A stretch of DNA of 63,699 nt, filler included, from Asterionella formosa (GCA_002256025.1; 14 parts of 14 records of this genome joined end to end with filler, not necessarily neighbours in it); one strand, 5' to 3'. Counted from the first letter of the whole stretch, positions 46,923 through 60,988 are shown. Notes: generated by a model not told the origin, from the sequence alone. Numbers and translations: made by a program.

Positions 46923-47620
46923 CAATTCCACGTGGTCAGCCAAATTGACAATTGCTTCCAACTAACAAGAAAACTAACTGCAAATATTTGATTCCTTGTC
47001 GCTCTGATGGCCAAGCTGCATCTGTGTTGAACGCAAATTCTAAGGACAAGAGGGATGCGCCAAGCTAGGTTCTCATTGATTGCATCCCTGTCAAAAGGCA
47101 GTTGTTTTCTTGTTTCCTTGGCCATTATCCTGAGACAGAGTGTATGGACCAATGCACTAACCCAAGAAACAGTGGGTTTTCTGCTAAGAACTGACAATCC
47201 AGCAAATGCTAAAGAAAGACTTAGACAATTCTGCAAGATGATGTGTATGCAGGAAAATCANNNNNNNNNNNNNNNNNNNNNNNNNNNNNNNNNNNNNNNN
47301 NNNNTTAATTAATTAANNNNNNNNNNNNNNNNNNNNNNNNNNNNNNNNNNNNNNNNNNNNGCCTATTTGTGACTTCCTGCGCAACACAACAAAACTTGCC
47401 ACAACGACGAATCAAACGGGTTTCGAATATGAGGAGTGGTTGGAACGAAGAGACTTGTCATAAACATGACACTTCTGTCCGACTCGGTCGATGGAGCAAA
47501 AGAAACGACACCAGCGTCCGGTTATTTGCAAATGGCTGTACTTGATTAAAAACAAATAACCATTTTGTTAGTAACTATTAATGAGTAAATAAAAATTCTT
47601 ACTTCCATCTTTCCCCATAG

Positions 47621-47822
47621 GAATCAAGCAAAAACGAAAGTAGTCCTGACAAGGAATACTGTGTCGTCGATCCGTCTCACAGTAGCCGAAAAGGAGCGTA
47701 TCTTTCTGGACGCGCTTCAGTCCTACGATGCCGCTGGAAGGCAAATGCTCAAGGATGACGAGTTTGACCTATTGAAGGAAGATTTGCAATGGAAGAACGG
47801 ATCTGAGCATATAAATAGCTAA
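47621..47822 (+). pseudogene. PGRL1: PGRL1 (PGR5-like 1) gene fragment, frameshifted and truncated
   Basis: After the acceptor ...ccccatag: DKEYCVVDP, a frameshift, then IRLTVAEKERIFLDALQSYDAAGRQMLKDDEFDLLKEDLQW, matching the PGRL1 E..FL.ALQS.Y..G...M...EFD.LKE.L.W repeat. It ends at the repeat boundary. Confidence 0.72.
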
Positions 47823-48756
47823 AACAAGGAAAGACGACACAACAATGAACGTGATGGCTGGTTGTTGAGGATACCCGTATGTGATATGCATCAATCCATC
47901 ATGTCACAAATCATATTATAGTGATGCACATATCAACGCATCCGTATACTTAGATCCTATCCACTGTATAATACTATCATATTAAGTGTTGACTTTAAGT
48001 GTATACATTAAACGACAAACACATATAATAATTAACATACTTTATGATTGCTTGATTTATTTTTTATGATGTCTTGGTAACACTTGCGTACATATTTTAT
48101 CGTATTTTATTGTCATGGTACTATTTTTACATAATCATATTTTGATCAAAATTATATCATAAACATTTGATAAAATCATCATAATTTTATGATCAATTTA
48201 TCATAGCTATGTGATGTACTTTATTCAATATTACGTGTCATACTTTGGTGATGTATGCATCGATGTAACCCTATCATGATATCACAGTATCATCTTATCA
48301 ATCATGATGAGATGATTGGGAAGCAAATGTATTCTGCGATGTGCTACAGGGTATATTATTATATCACGCAATTTAGTAGCGAAGTCACTCCGCCTGTAAT
48401 GTACTAAAGTCGACAGTGCACATACCGGTACTCAGACGCTAATCAGGTTTGAGGCAACGGACAGCGGTTCCAACGAGCGAATGATGATACCACGGGTACC
48501 AATTTTTCCAACGAAAGAACTTGTCTCTCTATTGATGAGGATGACACGGACACGGACACCGACATTTTCAGGAGCAAACAACAATGAAGAGACCCACTTC
48601 GTCTGCGTCGCTCTATTGATGGTAACAAAGATGCGGACAAGTTCAACAGTGAATACAAGAACAACATACCATTGAAAACCAGTCGACAGTGTCTGCACGC
48701 ACACGCCAAGCAAGTTTGAGGCAACGGACAATTTCAACAAGCAAATGACGATACAG
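47808..48756 (+). repeat. Dispersed repeat family copy 2
   Basis: Colinear with 6744-7670. Confidence 0.85.
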
Positions 48757-50352
48757 NNNNNNNNNNNNNNNNNNNNNNNNNNNNNNNNNNNNNNNNNNNN
48801 TTAATTAATTAANNNNNNNNNNNNNNNNNNNNNNNNNNNNNNNNNNNNNNNNNNNNACATGAAACCGTTAAAAGTAATCTTTTTTACGTGAAGAGTGGCA
48901 TTAATGCATGTGAAGTACCACATAATTAACACTCATACGTAGACGAAATTTCGAAAAGTGGCGTATTTCGCGGCTTAGATGTATGATCAAAGGTATAGGA
49001 TAAACGAATCAAAATTTATTGATTAAAGATCATAGTTTATACCGGAGAAGTTGCTCATGCATGCAACCCTAACCTCTCCCCCTGTATACAGTACAGAAGC
49101 GATAACCCCCAGGCTACCAAATTTTTATGTCTTGTAAGAATTATCGCAGCATGCATGCATACATGACTCCTACTGGTATATACAATTCGGAAATGATGAC
49201 CACCAGACTACCAATCCTATAGGTCCTGTAGAATTATCGCAACATGGCTGCATATCTAATGAATGGGCGGGAGGAGTCATCCATGCTACACCTGTATAGT
49301 ATGAAATATTGAAATGATCAAATATAGCTAGTCTACACAAGGAGCAGTGCATCATCTATGCCCTGTTATTTTAATTCCTATGAAATCTCTTGATCTGTTC
49401 TGCGCTTTTTCGCCACAATTGTTTTCATTGGCTGTTTCACTGGAGAGCATTCAAATTGAATGTGCTTCGAACGAAGCAATGATCAAAGTCCACTCCATTG
49501 CATAATGGTGAGTCTCACAACGAAGTATCAGTTAGTTGATTAAAATTGGACTGTCTTTTGTGCACCCTCATTGTGTTTGTACTTGACTTGGCAACTGTCA
49601 GCCAGAAGCAGCCATCATGGTATGCCACCATTTATTGTCTATACAAGTTTCGAATGTGTTCAGCTATGATAACTTTTGCTCCCCCCTCCTAAACGCTATC
49701 TCACCACCCTTGTCGTATTGAACATGATTTTGGGAGCAACCAAGGTATGTCATGCAATGTAATAAGTAATGTCAAATGAGAACATAAAATATTGTTTTGG
49801 GTTAGAAATAAAGTAAAAATAAGAATTTCAGTGGAAACATATGCATCAGACTATGTGTAGATAGATACAACAGAACCAAAACAACAGTGCCGAGCAATCA
49901 ACAATGACAGAAGTGATCAAAACAGATCATGGAAGCAACCAAATCGGAAATTCGAGAAATAGTATTGCTAAACCACTATGTCAGGTAATCCATTCCCTCG
50001 ACTATCAGAAACAGTGACGCTTTACCTCTACCTGGTACCATGTACTGGCACCGGTACATGGCACCGATACATGCACATGCAGAACAGGGTGCCATGCTGC
50101 ATGCTAGATACCACGCACAGCAAACGTGAAAACCGATCATAGGTATGATAGCCGAGCAAAAATCATACCAGCAGATTACGGTAGTACCAGGTACCATGCA
50201 CCGCCACAGTAAACCACATCATCACTCCATCAATGGAAAAATTGAAACTTGGNNNNNNNNNNNNNNNNNNNNNNNNNNNNNNNNNNNNNNNNNNNNTTAA
50301 TTAATTAANNNNNNNNNNNNNNNNNNNNNNNNNNNNNNNNNNNNNNNNNNNN

Positions 50353-50640
50353 TGAAACTCGGTGAAAATTTCTTGTTTCGCAAATCTTGCACGTGTACTG
50401 AAGTTCAAATTTTTCAGACACGACATTCGCAACAGGTTGAGCCGTCGCAATAGATGGAATACTGCTTCCGAAGCTAGAGTATCCGATGGGTGGAAGTTGC
50501 GGAATCCCTAGAACTTCTGAGTCGTCCTCCAACGACTCCTTCAACAAAGTCACCCTTGTCTTGACGCAGTATGGGACGACAAAGGCACTTACACCATTGC
50601 CGATCATCAAGCTTAGAACGAACAGAAATGAGTGATTCAT
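50353..50640 (-). CDS. DNL-type zinc-finger chaperone (Hep/Zim17-like), plastid-targeted, 3'-partial
   Basis: Signal peptide ending VSA-FVVP; KFELQYTCKICETRNFHRVS is the start of zf-DNL; cut by the contig end. Confidence 0.8.
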
Positions 50641-51959
50641 ATTTTACCAAGCTAGGAGAAGAAACCCAGCAATGCCAATGGTCGCAGTGCTGAAAGTCGT
50701 CAATGATATCTAGCAATCCAATGCACCGAGAATAATACGTTGCATGCAGAACAGAACAATTGTGAGATCATCGTACCAGGTACCATGACGTGATCATTAT
50801 TTGTCCAAAGTCGTTCTCCATGAGCCTCCCAATTTCGACACCACGAAGCAAAGAACACGTAAAACAGCGCCACAAGCCAAAGAAAAATAATCCATACCGG
50901 TACATAAAAATCAACGGGTACCCTACCTGGTACCAGCACCTACTGGTACCATGTACAGAGAGACATACGTACCCAGCTGTGCTTATTTGGCTGGTGGTCA
51001 GGAGGTATATACCAGTACATACGAGAAGTGCCAGTAGACTTCCAGGTACTCCAACCAGAGGAAGGTCAATCAATCGAGACATTTAGCTTTATCTTTTCGT
51101 AAGTAAAAAAGGTGTTCTACAGTACCGGACCTGGTACCAGGTACCAGGTACCTGGTAACGTATTCGAGTTGAAGCGTACAAGAACGGCGCCGTACCTGGT
51201 ACCTGGTACCATGTGTATACCGGTACCAGGTACCTTACTACCGGTATCTGCCGGTATACTGTAACATACGATGACAAGAAATGACTATATGTTCAAGCAT
51301 GTCCGTCGATGTATAAACAGTATGTAGACATAAATACTAACTAACTAGGCCAACTGCATTCATGGCAGTACAAACCGTCTTCTACAGCGCCTTCCGCACT
51401 GTGGTATGATGTGTTTGTCCTCCTCTCGTCCTTCACAATGCATGTCAAGGGAAATACAGTGTGTACCTGGTACACACACATTCTGCATACATACTGTACT
51501 ACGAAAAAAGGCTGCAACCATCCTCGGTTTCATGTACTAAAACGGAAAGGGTGCGTTTTCTTGTTTTGTTTCTAGTAGTACGGCGGTTGTGGTCTAAAAG
51601 AAAAAGTCGTTACCGGGGTTTCATCATCGTGTTCTGTCTCGTGAGTTCCTTTTGCTGCCTGATGGACTAACATCAGTTGATGCGCTGAACCTTGATAACG
51701 CTGGACGAGCCGCACACGCAAGGATATGAGGGAGTTTTATAACTATCNNNNNNNNNNNNNNNNNNNNNNNNNNNNNNNNNNNNNNNNNNNNTTAATTAAT
51801 TAANNNNNNNNNNNNNNNNNNNNNNNNNNNNNNNNNNNNNNNNNNNNAATTCATTCTGATACTGATAACATCGTTGGGTACAAGGTTTACATACACATAA
51901 GGTGATCTGTGTAAAGTCATAACCTTTGCTAAAACAATAATTGATCAAAGAGCAACAGC

Positions 51960-52335
51960 TATTGATCAATCAAAAAACATATCAATATATCAAAACATTT
52001 GGTTAGCAGATTAGTTTTGATAACTAATATATATGACTTCTATCTATGCTTAACCTGACAGGTGTAAGAAAATAAGATGACAAAAAAATTTGATTGACCA
52101 CACCAACACGGTCATTGATATATCAAAATTATCATCAACATAACAAAACATTTGATCAATATATCAACAATTTGGATTAACCGATTAGATTTGGTAACTA
52201 ATTTATACGAGTTCTTATACACGCATAACGTAACGTGTGTATGCTACTAACCTAACGTACAAATTTGATTGATAATACAGACACGGCTTGTGATATATCA
52301 AAATTATCATCAACATGTCAAAATATTTTAATAAA
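51960..52335. repeat. AT-rich ~175-bp tandem duplication
   Basis: 'aaatttgattga...acacgg...tgatatatcaaaattatcatcaacat' occurs at ~52085 and ~52261. Confidence 0.7.
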
Positions 52336-52379
52336 CAATCAGTTTTTTAACGTATGCTGAGTAAAACATTAGATCTAAT

Positions 52380-53202
52380 GGAAAATCTTTTCACAGACGA
52401 ATATATCATGTTGGAGAAGATGTGTATGACCATTGAATCGTTTACTTGGCCGTTTCCATTTCTCTTTCAAGAATGATTCCAGAAAACCACCAAAGAAATT
52501 GATGGGTGTTCCAAAGCATTTTTAAATTGAATCATATTTGATAAGAATATAATCACCGACTCAAAACATCATGCTTTCGGAGCATCTCCCTGCAAGAACT
52601 TAACTAAGATTCCTTTAAATTGATTATTTAATACATTCTGAAATTCTCTCGCTCAACTTTTTTATGCACATGCCACCAAATGTTGATTTGATGTAATCTA
52701 AACATGCCTTGTTGGTACGTTCAATGGTCTGATTAATTGGAAGTAGTGCATCAGAACCATTCCATATGAAATCGGCAAGCTCTGGGTCACTCTCCACTTC
52801 TTTGCCTAACTCCGGTTTCACTGTGTATAGCCGAGTTAGTCAACATTGGGCAAACCAATCCTGTTTGTGATTGGAAATGCCTTTCATACTACTTGGACCA
52901 GATAGGCAGGGCGGGATGTTTGATTCTCTTTTGGGACCAGAAAAAAGCACATTAGATTGATATTCTGTTTTACAGTACCTGCAATTCACAAATTATAACA
53001 TCAAACTTACATGTTCACAGCAAAACTTCTTGGTCTTGAAAATAAAACTCACAACCTTTTTGACAATTGATGGTTCAATTTCAATTTTAGCTAATCGAGA
53101 ACGACGTTCTGATATGGCTGCTGAAATTGAAGAGTCTTGATAACCTTGTATGGACAAGCGAGTTTTGAACCGAATTACGAGCTTTGTAGTGATTGAGTTC
53201 AT
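52380..53202 (-). mobile_element. Second Plavaka/CMC-like transposase relic
   Basis: FGTPINFFGGFLESFLKEKWKRPSKRFNGHTHLLQHDIF is homologous to ~4910-5025; multiple stops. Confidence 0.55.
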
Positions 53203-53342
53203 TGATCAATTGATAATATCCTTTGGCAAGTGCAAAATGTTTNNNNNNNNNNNNNNNNNNNNNNNNNNNNNNNNNNNNNNNNNNNNTTAATTAATTAANN
53301 NNNNNNNNNNNNNNNNNNNNNNNNNNNNNNNNNNNNNNNNNN

Positions 53343-53858
53343 CCTTTCCTTCTATTTCTATATTGTACTTGCTCGACTTATTGCTGTAGACTATTTGTAG
53401 CTGCTCCGAAACGGAGAAGGCCATTGCGGCACATCTCAATTTTGACTCACTACGGCGACATGCAAGGTTAAAATATGCAACAGCTGTTTCTGAACGAAAT
53501 AACGGATTCAATTCCTTATTGTCAGCTACTCAGCATCCTTTCCTTCTTTTTCTATATTGTACTTGCTAGAGTTATCGCTGTAGACTATTTGTAGCTGCTC
53601 CGAAACGGAGAAGGCCATTGCGGCACATCTCAATTTTGACTCACTACGGCGACATCCAAGGTTGAAATATGCAACAGCTGTTTCTTAACGAAATAACGGA
53701 TTCAATTCCTTATTGTGAGCTACTCAGCATCCTTTCCTTCTTTTTCTATATTGTTCTTGCTCGACTTATTGCTGCAGACTATTTGTAGCTGCTCCGAAAC
53801 GGAGAAGGCCATTGCGGCGCATCTCAATTTTGACTCACTAGCTACGGCGACATGCAAT
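53343..53858. repeat. 194-bp tandem repeat (~2.7 copies)
   Basis: The TA of the landmark 'gactcacTA' falls at 53451, 53645 and 53839. Confidence 0.92.
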
Positions 53859-54274
53859 GCTAAACGATGCTCAACGAGGACCAACAGTGCTTTATTTCCA
53901 ATCTGGCAGGCTATTGTAATCTCTACAATCAACAATGACTTAATTATGTGTCTACAACATCAACTACTACTACTACGTGTGCTGAATTCTACAGTGTGAA
54001 TCTTCATCTTGCATGTGTTATTCTTTGCCAGTTCAGATCAAAGTGATATGTCGGAGCGGAAAAAATAATAAGTGTATCGGAATTGGCGACTCTTTCGTTC
54101 ATTATATGGTGAAAGCAGCATAATATTGCGGCAGAGCAGCATAATTTCGCTTTTAAACTGTTGCGATGGCTAGTTGGTCAACATATATTGTCACGAACAC
54201 ACATAATTATTGGTGTGATCACATAATTATTCGATAAGTGAAATAAATTTTTGTTTAACCCGAATAAATTAGGG

Positions 54275-54351
54275 AAAAAGTAGCATAATATTTCAAAAAA
54301 GTAACATAATATTTTAGAAAAGTAACATAATATTTTAAAAAAGTAGCATAA
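54275..54351. repeat. 21-bp minisatellite (aaaagta[g/a]cataatattt...) x ~4
   Basis: Direct inspection. Confidence 0.8.
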
Positions 54352-54404
54352 ATACGTCACTTTACACATAAATTCGAAAAAGTGCCGTAAACGGCGTCTT
54401 AGAT

Positions 54405-54737
54405 GCCTTTTCTTCTCCAAGAATTTCATCATGGCTTTCGTCATCACTAGTGTGTTGATCTTCATAATCTTCATCTTGTGCATCTTCAAATGCTTCATTA
54501 TCATAATCCACTCCTGAAATCCAAGCACTATCATAAAAAAGTTGTCCTGTTCGATTTGATATCTTGAGACCATCTGGCATATTTTCCTGCCCAGCAAGGG
54601 TGTGTACTTGATTCACGATTGCTGGGGTAAGTGGTAGAGGAGTAACTGTTCGTCTCGTGATCAATGAATTTGTAGGTAGGTTTAATAATTCATGACCTCC
54701 TTGCACGTTGTCATTGTAGCGTAGATAAATGCAATCT
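54405..54737 (-). mobile_element. Ty1/Copia (CoDi-like) pol fragment, post-integrase region
   Basis: DCIYLRYNDNVQGGHELLNL.T...ITRR.VT.LP.T..IV..VH.LA....MP.GLKI.NRTG...YDSAWISGVD. Confidence 0.7.
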
Positions 54738-57700
54738 NNNNNNNNNNNNNNNNNNNNNNNNNNNNNNNNNNNNNNNNNNNNTTAATTAATTAANNNNNNN
54801 NNNNNNNNNNNNNNNNNNNNNNNNNNNNNNNNNNNNNTCTGGAAGGAAAAGCATATGTTTGTAGCCAGCCCGTAACCGTTGAATTGTCGTGATACTTTTT
54901 GATGATACAATTTTATTTTTATTTTTGTGGAGAATGGATTTTTTCGGTTTAAATCGAGTAGCCGATGCATGATACTTTTTCAAAAAATATGATACCAAAT
55001 CGAAAATGATAAGAACGACCCTTAGGAACCAGCGTCACCAAGCAAAAAGGCAAGGACTTGGCTGTGGTACATACGTGGTCTCTCACGATAGGGCCCCTGT
55101 TGTACCTGGTACCTGGTACCAGGTACCATACCATACCATGTACCTACCGGTAGGATACAGGACTTCGATCCAAATTATGGCTTGGTCCCCCCCCCCAAGT
55201 CCATCAGGTACACACCGGCCCATTGTACCAGTAGCTGGGTCTACATTTGTAAAATTAAGCACAACCCAATATTTGTTTTGAATACATAAAAGTAGAGTCG
55301 TCCTAGTTGATGTCGTTCATTTCCTCTTCATTAAATATATGAATGAACATAGTACCACTTGTTAATAATAAACCATCATGAATCTCTTGACAAATTCATG
55401 CCACATACACTGAGGAGCCACAGCCTCACACTTGATTGCTACACTCACCATGATGATAGCTCTGTTTGTCATTGTTTGATCTTCACCATCAACTCCTTGC
55501 TATAACTATGATCGACCAGCAAAGCCATCCTCATTGAGTCTCAGATGTTCTTGGTGACAGGTAGTACCATTCGTTCCATGTTCCATGAGCTTGTTAGAAA
55601 CTTGCAAATGATTTTCAGTGATGAAGGGGGAACGAATAGAAAGAAACACGACAAGTGGTAACAATACTAACAAGCAAGGCACTGAAGGTAATCCTTGCCC
55701 GTCAGCATAAATCCAATGCCCATGTCTGAACATGAAGAGGCGATTTGTCAGAATTGCCAAAAGCTTGCTGTGGTGAATTCTGTCTGCAAGTTTCAACCAA
55801 AAAATAAGGAAAGGAGAAAGATATCTACAGGTTTCAACGAAAAGTACAAGAAGGATTTGATCCATTTCGAAGAAATTTAAAATGATGCAATTGATAAGAG
55901 AGTCTTGGAATTGAGAGGATTGATTTTCGTAGTGACAAGAGAATGCCTTGCATCAATCAAGGATACAAGATTGATGTTATGGGGAATGTGCTGGGTCCTC
56001 CTTTATTGTTTGTTGAAACAGGAACATGTACCCAAGCAAATTCATTTCTGAAATTGAGTGGGCTCAACATATTTGATGTACCACTAAAATTTCTGTTTGT
56101 AATCATCTTTGGAGGAAGGAAAACAGAAAGGCAATTAAATCTTGAATGCATTGCATTTTGTTCTCAACTAATGGCCATACATACTTTGAAATAATTGTTG
56201 TGAAGTACACAAAGCAAGCAAGGTGGACCAANNNNNNNNNNNNNNNNNNNNNNNNNNNNNNNNNNNNNNNNNNNNTTAATTAATTAANNNNNNNNNNNNN
56301 NNNNNNNNNNNNNNNNNNNNNNNNNNNNNNNAGCACGACACTGACTTGTAAACCATGATGGTACTTCATTTTGATTTGGTTGTTGTTGGTCAATTGGCGA
56401 GAGGAAAATATACCAATGTGATGGATTATTGTTGGTTTTTCGTTTATTTGTGGCGTTTACAGTCAAAAAATATTTTAAAGTTCGGCAACGGGACCGGTCG
56501 TGAGAAGCCGACATGTTATTTCAAGGCATGACCCAGGTTAAATAGTGTGCTACCGGCAAACCCAGCCAAGGCATTCGCTCACAAGAATGGTCGACTCCGA
56601 GTGTTCAAACGTTGATAAGAACTGCAGAAGACAAAACCGGTATGTTGTGATAGAAAGCTGGTGGATAGGTACAAACTAAGCATGTTTCTTTTTTCCTAAA
56701 TGGACTGAATAGGCAGGAGGCCGTCGATTTATTTCACCCAATGATATTAGACGAAAAGTGAACTTAACTCCTCAAGCAAGCTTGCCGTATTTACGTTATG
56801 TTTTGTGGTGCCCAAAAAAGGGAACCACCTGATGATGTCGCTCACTGAGGGGGGACAGCCAGCATCTGCGGCATGTTTCATGTCCCATGTCTTGAGTATG
56901 TACAGCTGATGTCTACCAGGGATTAAAGACCAGCACCGACCTGGTACCAGGTAGCACTGCTGAACTACCGTATGTAAAGTACCAGGTACCCTGGTACCTA
57001 CAAAAGAAAAGGGACGGATGGTGGTACGTACCATGTTGTCGTTCATTTTTGCGACCTTTGAACAGGAGGTATATTTTAGGCGACTCGTCCATGCATTCTT
57101 TGGAGTGAATAATTTCCGCGGGAATGGAAACATGCATTGGTTTCAAGTTGCAGAGTACGTACCCAGCTCAGGACTACCTGGAACCAGGTACCTGGTACCA
57201 GGTAACCTTGGTACCAGATACCAGGTACCTGGTACCTGGTACCGATACATTGACAAGGGTGTTTCTTTTTTCCCGCATGAACGTCGTCATTTATGATGAT
57301 CTGAAAAGGACTACCTACCGGTAGTCTACCTGGTACCAACTCACTCGAATTGCCGGTACACGCATGTGGTCTTTTTTTCTATACCAGGTACAACTTCGTG
57401 ATCAATCGTCCTCTCGGTCTTGCACAATTACGACATAATGCCGTGATGATAACTAGCCCCGGTACTCTAGTGTACTGGGGTTTCGTACCTTCACAGTTTG
57501 CCTACCGATAATCATTTCAAATCAGGGGTTTATTTGATTTGGTTTTACATCCTGCCTTACCGCACATTAGGGCGAGATGCATTTTATCTTGATTGTAATG
57601 CATTGAAACTGTAGCCGAATATGCACATAGGCCATGACGATTCGCTCGTGTTCGCTGTCTAAAGCAGGGTCCCAGGTATCGTCCTGCAATTGCACCCGGT

Positions 57701-57825
57701 GTGTCCCCTGCGCGAGCTCGGAGTCNNNNNNNNNNNNNNNNNNNNNNNNNNNNNNNNNNNNNNNNNNNNTTAATTAATTAANNNNNNNNNNNNNNNNNNN
57801 NNNNNNNNNNNNNNNNNNNNNNNNN

Positions 57826-59219
57826 TTATATGAATGAGATGTGTATCGATAAAGAAGCATTTCACTTTGTTCAGTCATACAGCTTAAAGAAAGGCCTCAA
57901 GAAATTTGGCCAGAAAGGAAGAGACGCTGCTTATAAGGAAATGAAACAACTACATGATAGAGTTGTGTTTGAACCGATTAGGATTGAAGACCTAACCGAT
58001 ATTGGAAAACGACGTGCAATGGAAAGTCTAATTTTTTTGGTTGAAAAGAGAGACAAGAGCATTAAAGGCAGAGCATGTGCCAATGGCAGTTCGCAACGTG
58101 AATACATGGAAAGAGATGAAGCAGCTAGTCCAACTACCATGACTGAATCTGTTATGATAACAGCAACAATTGATGCGAAGCAAAATCGCGATGTTATGAC
58201 TGCAGATATACCCAATGCATTTGTGCAAGTGGATATCGATGAGAAAGAAAAAGGGGAGCGAATCATTATGAAGATTAGAGGTTTGCTTGTCAATATGTTG
58301 ACAGAACTCAGCCCCGAGACTTATGAAAAATATGTTGTTTATGAAGGGAACAACAAGGTCCTATATGTTAGGATGATCAAGGCATTATATGGCATGTTAC
58401 AGTCATCATTATTATATTACAAGAAATTTCGGAAGGATATTGAGTCAATTGGATTCAAGGTAAACCCATATGATCCATGTGTTGCAAATCGCATTGTTAA
58501 TGGCAAACAGCACACAGTTACTTGGCACGTAGACGATTTGAAATCAAGTCACGTGGACAGGAAAGTGAATGATCAATTTTTGGAATGGCTCAAACAGAAA
58601 TACGCTTCTGACGAAATTGGTGAAGTCAAGGTCATGCGTGGAAAGAAGCATGATTATTTGACTATGACGCTAGATTACTCTATTCCAGGAGTGTTAAGGG
58701 TGGACATGACCAAATATGTCAAATCAATGATTGATGATTTTCCAGTGAAACTTGAAGGTGTTGGAAAATTTCCTTGGACAGATAAATTGTTCACAGTTGA
58801 TACAAAATCAAAGAAGCTTGAATATGAAAAAGCAAAAATATTTCATACTTTTGTTATGAAAGGAATGTTCCTATGTAAGCGAGGAAGACAGGACATTCAA
58901 CCAGGAATTGCATTTCTGGCAACCCGAACTATCGAACCGAATGAAGGCGATTGGGCAAAATTAGTCAAGATCATGAATTTCTTGAAAGCAACTCAGAACG
59001 AGGTTGCATCTATGAGTGCTGATGACACTCAGAGCATTAAATGGTACGTTGATGCGGCGTTTGCAGTGCACAAAGATTTTAAAAGTCACACTGGAGCTAC
59101 AATGTCACTTGGAAACGGAATTATTTGTTCTATGTCCACGAAACAGAAAGTGAACACTAGAAGTTCGACTGAAGCAGAATTGGTTGGTGTCGATGACATC
59201 ATATCAAAGGTGTTGTGGA
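57826..59219 (+). mobile_element. Ty1/Copia (CoDi-like) reverse transcriptase-RNase H, open frame, partial
   Basis: Motifs KGRACANG, ADIPNAF, KALYG, NPYDPCV, WHVDD, WYVDAAFAVH.DFKSHTG and RSSTEAELVGVDD. Confidence 0.93.
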
Positions 59220-59578
59220 NNNNNNNNNNNNNNNNNNNNNNNNNNNNNNNNNNNNNNNNNNNNTTAATTAATTAANNNNNNNNNNNNNNNNNNNNNNNNN
59301 NNNNNNNNNNNNNNNNNNNGGGCTCATTCAACCGGATTTGATTTTCAAAGTGTCAGCACTCCTTGTTTGGATGGCTATCTGAATTGTCGACAAAGTGCCA
59401 TTCTTTGCTATTTTCTCGGGAGCATAGGGGCAAGTATCAACAAGTGCATTGCCAATATAGTTAATAATTGTATTAAATTCTGCTTGTAGCCTGCCTGCAC
59501 ATTCCCTCTGCCTCTGTGTTCTGGAATTCACTTTGTCTTGTTCTCCAATTGTTTGGTAGCATTGTGGTTCAGTTGCAT

Positions 59579-60713
59579 CTAATTTACTATATTCAGTTTC
59601 GTTGTAGATTCCTGGCAAAAGATATTTCGAATTGGCACTGGTGGTGGTTCCTCCTCAGTATCATCCACAAGCCAATGAGAAGAATTGCGCAACGAGTTGG
59701 AGATGCGGTAGCGAATACCATGTTGATTCTTCACCAACTCTTCCCCGATTGCCGAAATGCTCAGTCGCTGACGATTGCTACTTTCTTTCCTTGCTTGTTC
59801 CTTAAGCTGATATTTGAATGCTGATTCTTTCATTGGTGTTTCTAATTGCGATTCCAAAACCTTATGGTTAGGTTTTCTGAAAACGTTCGTCCTTGAAGCA
59901 TCGATAGTGAAAGTAGGTCTTTTTGTAGCAATGGATGATCTATGATGTTTCTGTTCTAGCTCCCCAATTTGAAGGGGCTCCTCCTTCCTAGATCTCATCT
60001 TTATTGATTCTCTCCTTGGACTTTTCCCTTGTTGTCGCTCCAAACGATGTTCCACCAAATTTTCGTCATAAAACAAGATTGCTGGTGGTGACTCCAAAGT
60101 GTGTTTCTGATCCCTGCTAGCAAACGTCGCTTTGTGTCGTGCTGCTGGATGCATGTCATCAAAAGTAATCCTCGCTTTCTCACCTGTTGACAGAGGATGA
60201 TAATGTCGTGGTGGTGGATGGTGATGGTAGTGGTCCTGCATGCTGACTACTCCATGAAGAGGTATTTTTTGTCCCCTTCGTTGCTGTTGTTTCTGTCCCA
60301 ATTTTTCCTTTTTTCTGTATAATGACTTTGAACGAGTCTCATCCGTATTACTTGCCTTATTGACAGTAGTCGCTGTTGTTGTAGCAACAACAACCGTTTC
60401 GTGTCGTTTCTCCTTTGGGGTATTTTCCAGTGTCTGTCGTCGTCGAGTACTCTTGTGTTTACGATGACGGCAAGGATTACGCTGTACGTTTGCTCCTTGT
60501 TCTTCTCCTGTAGCAGCGTTATCTGTATTACCATCAGCATAATCAGTTGTTTCATTATGAATGACTTCTCGACACTGTTGAACCACCAAAAGCCGTCGAG
60601 CCAAGATGGATGGTTCACTTTCCTGTTTCAATAGACGGAATCGTTCATCCGTCACTGCAAAGAGACGCCGAGCACTACTTTGTGATTGAAATGCAAAGAA
60701 AGATTCCTCGCTC
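59579..60713 (-). CDS. Hypothetical low-complexity basic protein, 5'-partial
   Basis: Frame open for more than 358 codons up to the contig end; no recognisable domain. Confidence 0.5.
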
Positions 60714-60988
60714 NNNNNNNNNNNNNNNNNNNNNNNNNNNNNNNNNNNNNNNNNNNNTTAATTAATTAANNNNNNNNNNNNNNNNNNNNNNNNNNNNNNN
60801 NNNNNNNNNNNNNTGTGCAGTCCAAAAAGGTCCAAAACGACCATAATAGTGCATATTTTGTATAATAATTTTAATTTATTAATTCCGAAAAATGCCTTCA
60901 AAACTAATGCGCACCTCTCCCTCCGTCCATCATATACCGGCAGACTACCGGTACCCTGGTGAAGTATCTAACTAGAAGTAGTAGTATT

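Noticed and set aside
57018..57339. ORFs rich in VPGTRYLVPG/WYQVPG (also ~23146, 28457, 45905, 51089)
   Set aside because: They are translations of the TA-CCWGG-TA arrays, not proteins.
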